DNA of 42,538 nt from a virus (lineage: Duplodnaviria; Caudoviricetes), in IMG/VR virus record IMGVR_UViG_3300020161_001223, positions 1-42,538 of that record, one strand, 5' to 3'. Under the pieces are notes generated by a model, which worked only from the letters and a program-made list of their open reading frames with translations, searched no databases and was not told the origin of the DNA. The translations under genes were made by a program, and so were the position numbers. Below, piece by piece: positions 36,184 to 42,538 of this stretch (within the stretch, counting starts at the first letter, position 1; each line of letters starts with the position of its first letter).

Positions 36184-37662
36184 ATGTCAATTTATAGGTC
36201 TTATTTTAGTAAGTCAAATACGATTTTATATAACTCTTACACAAATACGGGTAGAAACCCTATTGTTGAGTTATTCTACGGTAATTTAAGTAATGTTGCA
36301 ATCCCAACAGGATTTAGTAGATATATTTTTAATATTGATTTAACAGGTCTTACTCAAAATTATACGGACAAAGTAATTGTTTCAGGATGTGGCGTTAATC
36401 CAACACACACCTTAAGAATGACGAATACATCGTTTTTTGATGATGAATTAATTAATGATAAGACAAGTAATGGTAGAAGAAGAGCAACATCTTTTGATTT
36501 ACAACTTTTAAGAATACCAAGATTTTCAGGAAATACAGGAATAACTCAAACTTGGGATAGTGGTGTTGGTTATGATTACTATGATTTTGGTATCACTAAT
36601 TTAAATGATAGAGCCTTTTCAGATAGACCTTCGAATTGGTATCAATCAACAACAATAAGAAATTGGTCAACTCCTGGTATATATAATAATACAAATTCAT
36701 TAACAGGACTAACAGGCTTAAACTATTCTGCACTTACAGTAGTTGACACTCAACACTTTGAGTTTGGTAATGAAAATATTGAGTTTGATATGACTCACGA
36801 AATTAATTCTATTTTAACAGGAGGAACTTCGACACCTGCAGGTTATATGATTTCATATTTACCAGATGTTGAAAACATATCAGGTTTAACTGAAAATTAT
36901 TCAGTTGGGTTCTTTTCACCTCACACCCAAACATTTTATGAACCATTTTTAGAAACAAACTACAATGATTATATTGATGATGATAGAAATACTTTCTACG
37001 CCGGAAATGTAAATAACTTGTATCTCTACGTTTATGAAAATGGAAATGCGGTAAATTTGGATTCTAACCCTACTGTAGACATTTTAGATACTAACGAAGA
37101 CCCAGTACAAGGGTTTACTAATTTATCCACGTGTCAGGTCACAAAAGGGGTGTATAAAGTGGTTGTTAGTGGTTTAACAGGAACAACAATTCCTTGTTTG
37201 TATTATGACGTTTGGAAAGGGTTATCAATTAATTCAACATCTATCACAAATGTTCAAAATGAATTTGTATTATTAACCAAGAATGGTAACTATACAATTG
37301 GTTCTACAACTAATAGTCCAAAAATATATGGGTTCTCTTATAGTGGTATCAAACAAAATGAACAGATTTTAAATACGGACATTAGAAAGGTTGATGTCAC
37401 AATAAAACAAGCATATAGTTCAAATAGTATATTAAACAATATCGAAGCATATTATAGAGTGTATGTAAAAGAAGGTGGTTCTACAGAAGTTCAAGTTCAG
37501 GATTGGACAAGGATTAATAAAACTCCCGATTCTTACTACTTTATATTCAATACTATAGACAAGATACCTAATGAATATTTCATTGATTTAAAGGTGGTTT
37601 CTGATAGAAATATAGATACTTATAAAAGAGAACTTCAGTTCCAAATCGTTAATAAAAAATAA
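36184..37662 (+). CDS. putative virion structural protein (beta-rich, Asn/Thr/Tyr-rich)
   Basis: 492 aa, late motif upstream, follows the spike gene; W..G.G.DY, FFS.HT.T.Y.P.L and Ig-like TKGVYKV patterns. Confidence 0.65.
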   Translation: MSIYRSYFSKSNTILYNSYTNTGRNPIVELFYGNLSNVAIPTGFSRYIFNIDLTGLTQNYTDKVIVSGCGVNPTHTLRMTNTSFFDDELINDKTSNGRRRATSFDLQLLRIPRFSGNTGITQTWDSGVGYDYYDFGITNLNDRAFSDRPSNWYQSTTIRNWSTPGIYNNTNSLTGLTGLNYSALTVVDTQHFEFGNENIEFDMTHEINSILTGGTSTPAGYMISYLPDVENISGLTENYSVGFFSPHTQTFYEPFLETNYNDYIDDDRNTFYAGNVNNLYLYVYENGNAVNLDSNPTVDILDTNEDPVQGFTNLSTCQVTKGVYKVVVSGLTGTTIPCLYYDVWKGLSINSTSITNVQNEFVLLTKNGNYTIGSTTNSPKIYGFSYSGIKQNEQILNTDIRKVDVTIKQAYSSNSILNNIEAYYRVYVKEGGSTEVQVQDWTRINKTPDSYYFIFNTIDKIPNEYFIDLKVVSDRNIDTYKRELQFQIVNKK

Positions 37663-37664
37663 TT

Positions 37665-38132
37665 ATGAGAAATTTAGATTCAATTATTAAAAAAGTTTTA
37701 AGTGAGGACCACGAGATGAGGTCTAATAGATATATGTTCTTTTCAAATTTAGAACAAATGAGAAGACAATGTGATTTGTTATTAGACTTAGACCAATCAA
37801 TGGTTGAGGGTATTTTAGAAAATGGTCACGATTGGGCACAAGACCACATCTCAGAAGCTAAAAACAATATGGACCAAGTATTTGATTTTCTAATGAACGA
37901 GTCAAAAAGAGATGGTATGGAATTATCTATGAATATAGATGATAAGGATATGGTTATGATGGAAGCTAGGAAGAAAACAGGTACAAAACTTTGTGCTAGA
38001 GGTAAATCTGCTGCCAAGGCGAGGTACGACGTATTTCCCAGTGCATATAGTAATGGACATGGAGTACAAGTTTGTAAAGGAAAGATAAAAGGTCTCGATG
38101 GTAAAAAGAGATGTTCACCACCTTATTGTTAA
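37665..38132 (+). CDS. hypothetical protein with a basic C-terminal ...FPSAYSNG... module; possible internal head protein
   Basis: MRNLDSIIKKVLSE leader; HDWAQDHI; KLCARGKSAAKARYDVFPSAYSNG..VCKG. Confidence 0.7.
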   Translation: MRNLDSIIKKVLSEDHEMRSNRYMFFSNLEQMRRQCDLLLDLDQSMVEGILENGHDWAQDHISEAKNNMDQVFDFLMNESKRDGMELSMNIDDKDMVMMEARKKTGTKLCARGKSAAKARYDVFPSAYSNGHGVQVCKGKIKGLDGKKRCSPPYC

Positions 38133-38137
38133 AAAAT

Positions 38138-38162
38138 AAAAGAGACTAAACGTCTTTTTTTT
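38138..38162 (+). terminator. weak intrinsic terminator
   Basis: AAAAGAGAC-taaac-GTCTTTTTTTT just after the stop at 38132. Confidence 0.45.
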
Positions 38163-38183
38163 GTATTTTAATGTTTACCCATA

Positions 38184-38190
38184 TATTTAT
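38184..38190 (+). promoter_or_regulatory. putative late promoter TATTTAT
   Basis: 4 nt before the ATG at 38195. Confidence 0.5.
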
Positions 38191-38194
38191 TAGT

Positions 38195-38671
38195 ATGGAT
38201 AGACAATGTAGTAAATGTGGTGAGGTTAAAACAGATAATGATTTTTACCAAACGCAAAGAGGTAATAGGTGTAAGGAGTGTATTTTAAACGGAACTAGAA
38301 AATATAAGAGAAAAAAAAGGATGGACCCCGAACATAGAAAAATGGAAGGTCTTAAACAAAAAGAGAGACGAGTTAGACTTTGGCAAAACACTTTAATACA
38401 TGACTCAAAACACCGTAAACTTGAAAATAACTTAACTGTTGATGATATAAATGAAATGTTTGATAAACAAAACGGTTTATGTTATTGGTTTAAAATTCCC
38501 TTAATACCCTCAAATCACAAGAAACATCCCCAACAACCCTCTTTAGATAGATTATATTCAAATAAAGGTTATACTAAAGATAATGTTGTGTTATGTTGTT
38601 ATTCCGCAAATATAGGTAGAAACGAAAATGATTTGGAAACTTGGTTAGAATTTCTTAAATTATTAAAGTGA
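38195..38671 (+). CDS. free-standing HNH-like (His-Me finger) endonuclease with an N-terminal Zn finger
   Basis: CSKC...FY...CKEC; QNGLCYW...PSLDRLYSNKGYTKDNVVLCC...N..R; ATG at 38195 preferred. Confidence 0.7.
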   Translation: MDRQCSKCGEVKTDNDFYQTQRGNRCKECILNGTRKYKRKKRMDPEHRKMEGLKQKERRVRLWQNTLIHDSKHRKLENNLTVDDINEMFDKQNGLCYWFKIPLIPSNHKKHPQQPSLDRLYSNKGYTKDNVVLCCYSANIGRNENDLETWLEFLKLLK

Positions 38672-39373
38672 ACTTAAAATATTTTTAATAATTTTTTCTA
38701 AGGACTCATTTTGGGTCCTTTTCTTTTTTGGTTTGTATGAGGTCATAACGGGTTTTTGTCCTTTTCCTGTTTGGGTGTCTTTTTTCTCGGCCTTTCTTTT
38801 TTGTGCACACGCAGCTTTCTTTGATGAATCACTCATTTTACCAGCAACACCAGCAGCTCTACATTTAGGATAGGCACCCTTATCGGTATCAGGTCTTCCA
38901 CATGGAGGGTGTTTACCATCGACTTTTCTACAAATGTTAACCCAAGGACCTTTAGGTTGTTTAGAACCTTTTGGTTTTTTCTTAGTTCCGAACCAAACGG
39001 CCAAATCTTCATTAAGATTAATTTTATCTAGCTCAACCCACTCTTTTATTGGTACTATATTTTTATTTTTATCTGGAAATTGATTTATAGGGTTACCGTC
39101 TTCATCACTTGATGTTGAGTTAGGGTTGTTTTTAATATAGTTATATATCTTGCCTGCTATTTTTTCTTCTTTTCCTATTTGTTTTTTGTTTCTTTCCATT
39201 TTTCCATCGTATGAATCGTATTCCAAATCAGGACTTTTATATTTAGATACCGGTTCAGTAAAAGGTCCCATTACGTTTTTTTTGAAATATCTTATACCGG
39301 GTTGTAATGGTGCAACATAACTACCTCTCGCATCCCCTGAGGTACTTGTCGCCTCATTTAATCTTTTACCCAT
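38663..39373 (-). CDS. hypothetical basic protein; possible internal head protein
   Basis: MGKRLNEA start; LNEDLAVWF...WVNIC...PCGR...YPKC...KRK module; ATG at 39373 preferred. Confidence 0.7.
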   Translation of the reverse strand: MGKRLNEATSTSGDARGSYVAPLQPGIRYFKKNVMGPFTEPVSKYKSPDLEYDSYDGKMERNKKQIGKEEKIAGKIYNYIKNNPNSTSSDEDGNPINQFPDKNKNIVPIKEWVELDKINLNEDLAVWFGTKKKPKGSKQPKGPWVNICRKVDGKHPPCGRPDTDKGAYPKCRAAGVAGKMSDSSKKAACAQKRKAEKKDTQTGKGQKPVMTSYKPKKKRTQNESLEKIIKNILSSL

Positions 39374-39377
39374 ACTA

Positions 39378-39384
39378 ATAAATA
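39378..39384 (-). promoter_or_regulatory. putative late promoter TATTTAT
   Basis: 4 nt before the ATG at 39373, just past the capsid terminator. Confidence 0.5.
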
Positions 39385-39393
39385 TCATAAAAT

Positions 39394-39423
39394 AAAAAAA
39401 GGTCAGATTTCTCTGACCTTTTT
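39394..39423 (-). terminator. strong intrinsic terminator after the major capsid gene (possibly bidirectional)
   Basis: minus strand AAAAAGGTCAGA-GAAA-TCTGACC-TTTTTTT. Confidence 0.85.
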
Positions 39424-39443
39424 CTTATTCGTATTTTAATTGA

Positions 39444-41255
39444 TTATCTCAATTCTCTCAAGTCAAACGTTCTAACTCCATCAACTGTGATACGTCCGTA
39501 GAAACGGTTGTTAACCATTTTCTTAGCGTAACGTGTCATAATACCTTTGATAGGTGTGAAGTTGAATGGGTTATACATTGTAGGTGTTAATTGTAGAGGA
39601 ACATATGGTGCGTAAACGTAACCAGTGTCTAACAATGATGTACCTTTGTGTCCTAACAATACTGTGTTTGCTGGGAAGTAAGGGTCACGGTAAACTTGGT
39701 AACGACCTGCTAATGTACCAACTCTTTCAATACCCATGTTGTATTGGTCTTGCTCAGGAGACGCGTTAGATACGTGGAAGTATTCTAAATCGTCAAAGAT
39801 AGCCGAAATCTCAGAAGAAACAACAATCCAGTTAGCTCCACCACGAAGTGTAGACTTGTGGATTTGTGCTGAAATTTGGTTGATTGCTGTAATCAAAGTT
39901 TGATTCCAATCTTTTTGAGTGTATTGAGTTAATGGGTTAGCAGAAGTACCTCTTTTCCATCCGTTGTAATCCCAACGTAAGTTCCAAGCTGCACCTTTAC
40001 GTAAGTCACGTAAAATTTCACGGTCGATTTCTGCCGCAACTTGCTCAGATAATAAAGCTGTCAATTCAGCCTCAGCATCGATGTTGTGGAATGCAGAAAC
40101 GTCTTGTGCTAATTCAGGAGACCATTGTGCTCTTAGTTTTCTTTCTGTAACAGATACAGTAACTGACTCAAGGTCAAAAGAAACCTCACCAATTTTGTCT
40201 TCAAACTCCATTTCTTCGTATACTCTAAAAGTAGTTGTGAATTGACCATTTACTGTTCCAGCGATAGTCGTAGTCAAACCTGAGTAACCATCCAATGAAT
40301 TTGCTCCAATTGAACACGGTACTTGTAAGTCAACTTCTAAGTAGATAACTCCAGCAGCATCACAAATGTTGTCATAAGAACCATTGTTACCACCATAAGC
40401 ACCTGCAGAACCAGGGAAAGATGATGTAGATGATGAACCGTATTGTACGATACCTTTACCGTATTTCTGAGTAACAACTCTGAATAATAAGTCTGATGCG
40501 CCCGCTCCTGAGAAAGCACCACCCGCAGTTGTAACTGCGTTTACTTGCAAATCAGATAAAAATGCTTCATTATCCATAACCTGACCATCAGGACCGATAA
40601 GTTTACCAGCACCAGCATTAGTAAATCCAGTTACTGCGATTAATACTTTTCTGTATTCACCTGCAGCGTACGCACTATTTACTAATTGACCAGACGACCA
40701 AGAAACGGTTGTAGGGTTTACAGTAACAGCACTGAATCTACCTTTTGAATAATCAAATAAACCTGGAGGGTCTAAAGTCGGTTCACTACCTTCGTAAAAT
40801 CTATCATAAAGGTTTTTATCAGTTGATGCGTAACCAGTTTGAGGTGTAGATGGACCGTTTGGTGCTCCGAATGGTGCAATGTGTGTACCACCTGCAGTTG
40901 GGTCTTGCCCTTGGTCATACCCTTGAATTTTAGGGATGAAGTAGAACAATTTACCAATAGGTAAGTTCATAGCTTGTACTGATACTAAATCGTTAGCCAA
41001 CAATTTAGAGAATACACGTCTTACAATTGGGAAAACTACAGTTTCGAATGAACCTGAGCTATCAGTTGCAGCCGCTTCGTTGATTAGGTAAGAAGCTTGG
41101 TTCTCATATAATTGAGCCATGTTCTCTTTGATATGTCCTTTAAGACCGTCTAGGAATCCTAATTTATCCCATTTGTTGATAGTATCTTCTTTGATAACTT
41201 TAAGGTGTTTCAACCCGATGTTACCAACAAGACCTGATTCTAATAATGCTCCCAT
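39444..41255 (-). CDS. gp23: major capsid protein, T4 gp23 family
   Basis: PIVRRVF..L.A..LVSVQAMNLPIG, RKLRAQWSPELAQD..AFH.IDAEAEL..LLS....AEIDREI, YAPYVPL, NFTPIKGIMTRY. Confidence 0.95.
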   Translation of the reverse strand: MGALLESGLVGNIGLKHLKVIKEDTINKWDKLGFLDGLKGHIKENMAQLYENQASYLINEAAATDSSGSFETVVFPIVRRVFSKLLANDLVSVQAMNLPIGKLFYFIPKIQGYDQGQDPTAGGTHIAPFGAPNGPSTPQTGYASTDKNLYDRFYEGSEPTLDPPGLFDYSKGRFSAVTVNPTTVSWSSGQLVNSAYAAGEYRKVLIAVTGFTNAGAGKLIGPDGQVMDNEAFLSDLQVNAVTTAGGAFSGAGASDLLFRVVTQKYGKGIVQYGSSSTSSFPGSAGAYGGNNGSYDNICDAAGVIYLEVDLQVPCSIGANSLDGYSGLTTTIAGTVNGQFTTTFRVYEEMEFEDKIGEVSFDLESVTVSVTERKLRAQWSPELAQDVSAFHNIDAEAELTALLSEQVAAEIDREILRDLRKGAAWNLRWDYNGWKRGTSANPLTQYTQKDWNQTLITAINQISAQIHKSTLRGGANWIVVSSEISAIFDDLEYFHVSNASPEQDQYNMGIERVGTLAGRYQVYRDPYFPANTVLLGHKGTSLLDTGYVYAPYVPLQLTPTMYNPFNFTPIKGIMTRYAKKMVNNRFYGRITVDGVRTFDLRELR

Positions 41256-41286
41256 TTTATTTTTTTTTAATTTAGAGTTTATTTAT

Positions 41287-42538
41287 TTATTTAATTTTTG
41301 TCATTAAATCTCTCATTCGCATGAACTGAGGATTTTCGTAAGTTTTACTTTCAATCAAATTAGATGCAGAACCATTAGATGGTGACTTTAACAATTCTCT
41401 TTGAACTGATTCAGTAACTACGTCGTTTTTAGAACCACCGTCTAATTCTGATTTAATTGTTTTGTAAAGTGACTTAGATTCTTTGATAGTTTCAACATTA
41501 TCAAATCTTCTAAGTATATTTATTTTTTCTTGTTTTGTTGTTGAGTGTTCAGTGAACAATCTAGTAGAATAAGCCAAGTTAGAATTGAATACTGCCACTT
41601 CATTTAATTTATTTCTAAAGAAATCTAAAGCCTTTTTGTATTCTTCATTTTTCTCTCTTAATAAACCAAGTTCGTTTTGAACTGATTCTTTTCTTAATTG
41701 ACTTGGTGCTGCAACACGGTCTCTCTGAGCTCTTCTCATATAAGTCATAGTTCTTGACGCTTCGGTTGTTTCGCCAGGTAATTCATCCGCAAATGAATCA
41801 TCCTCCATACAATCACCTTCCATACAATCACCTTCCATATAATCGCCTTCCATATAGTCACCTTCCATTTTCATAGTGTCGATAGAATCTTCTTCATCCA
41901 TCCATCCTTCCATATAGTCTTCTTCCTCTAATTCAGATTCAGTAACGCCATGTTTGATTTTCCCAAATGAAAATTTAGGTCCTTTACCTTTTTTCTCGGT
42001 TTTTTTACCGTCAGCCATTTCTTCTTTGAAACCTTTGTTGTTTACACTAGATTTTGACATACCGTCTCTTCTTTTTCCGAATCCCATTCCGACAGGTTTC
42101 ATAGTTTCGTTAACCTCCAATTCGTAAATAGTTTCATTTACATCATCTTCGTTACCGTCTTTTTCTTCACCGTCACCATCTTCTTCGTACGTTTCAGTTT
42201 CGTTTGTCTCACCTTCTTTTTCTTCGAAGACCAATTCATAAATTACACTCTCATCCATATTTTCCATAGGTTCTTCCATAGATAAATCTGAATCGTCACC
42301 CATATTAATGATATATTCTGTGTCAGTGTTGTTGTCTGTTAAGTGGATGTTATCACCGTCTTTAACAACAATAATCCCATCTTCGTCACCCATAGCTTTA
42401 AACACCTTCATCAACTCATTAGGTTTAGCACCTGTCATGTCAAGTGGTGGTAATTCGTCTTCGTTATCAGTTGGAACTTCAGCTCCCATCATAGCGGTGA
42501 TATCAAATTCACCACCTTCAGGTTCAACTTCCATTTCA
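41287..42538 (-). CDS. prohead core/scaffold protein (T4 gp22-like position), 5'-truncated by the window edge
   Basis: very acidic, coiled-coil C-terminus, many x-x-E-S/T motifs, directly upstream of the capsid gene; frame open to the window end. Confidence 0.7.
   Translation of the reverse strand, partial: EMEVEPEGGEFDITAMMGAEVPTDNEDELPPLDMTGAKPNELMKVFKAMGDEDGIIVVKDGDNIHLTDNNTDTEYIINMGDDSDLSMEEPMENMDESVIYELVFEEKEGETNETETYEEDGDGEEKDGNEDDVNETIYELEVNETMKPVGMGFGKRRDGMSKSSVNNKGFKEEMADGKKTEKKGKGPKFSFGKIKHGVTESELEEEDYMEGWMDEEDSIDTMKMEGDYMEGDYMEGDCMEGDCMEDDSFADELPGETTEASRTMTYMRRAQRDRVAAPSQLRKESVQNELGLLREKNEEYKKALDFFRNKLNEVAVFNSNLAYSTRLFTEHSTTKQEKINILRRFDNVETIKESKSLYKTIKSELDGGSKNDVVTESVQRELLKSPSNGSASNLIESKTYENPQFMRMRDLMTKIK
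41804..41868 (-). repeat. 15-bp tandem repeat (4.3 copies) encoding MEGD(Y/C)
   Basis: tccatacaatcacct x2, tccatataatcgcct, tccatatagtcacct, tccat. Confidence 0.9.

Noticed and set aside
41276-41294. TATTTATTTATTTA upstream of the capsid gene as a late promoter
   Set aside because: Opposite orientation to the other sites; it is an (AAAT)n run across the scaffold stop codon, and the capsid gene is probably co-transcribed with the scaffold
200-41307. Short alternative-frame and antisense ORFs in the supplied track (for example 200-391, 5341-5553, 8167-8358, 10588-10920, 30004-30399, 34980-35357)
   Set aside because: They lie within or overlap long, motif-supported genes and show no recognisable motifs; 8167-8358 is just another frame of the Pro-Thr repeat
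1-42538. Stop-codon reassignment, as in some large phages
   Set aside because: Coding density is near complete in the standard code, and TAG, TGA and TAA all end genes at sensible positions (for example TAG at 2950, 12751 and 32026; TGA in ATGA overlaps)
1-42538. tRNA, rRNA, CRISPR array, integrase or transposase
   Set aside because: None recognised; intergenic gaps are all under ~90 bp and no spaced direct repeats were seen by eye

Overview
AT-rich, densely coding window from a large T4-like (gp23-type capsid) contractile-tailed phage, read in the standard bacterial code. The host is probably Bacteroidota, inferred from the absence of Shine-Dalgarno motifs and from TTG-N19/20-TAnnTTT promoter-like sites. 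It carries replication genes (SNF2/HARP helicase, family-B DNA polymerase, dUTPase, PolB-type exonuclease), virion genes (gp13-like neck, gp5-like spike, major capsid, scaffold, several other putative virion proteins), a gp55-like sigma factor, PhoH, a zincin-SOD fusion and a stand-alone WYL protein. An ~18 kb glycan-biosynthesis operon contains about 11 glycosyltransferase-like genes (including GT10, GT11 and GT23/NodZ-like), Glf, an FkbM methyltransferase, Gmd, Fcl/ColC and ColD. The most notable signal is that this machinery has no recognisable flippase, polymerase or membrane component, while two putative virion proteins are heavily enriched in an [S/T]-[G/A]-x-T tetrapeptide. This suggests a phage-autonomous virion glycosylation system with its own sequon (inference). 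Late genes are preceded by TATTTAT(A), the reverse complement of the T4 late promoter, and many late proteins carry T4 gp21-type (I/L)-x-E processing motifs. All family calls come from motif recognition by eye; no database searches were run.
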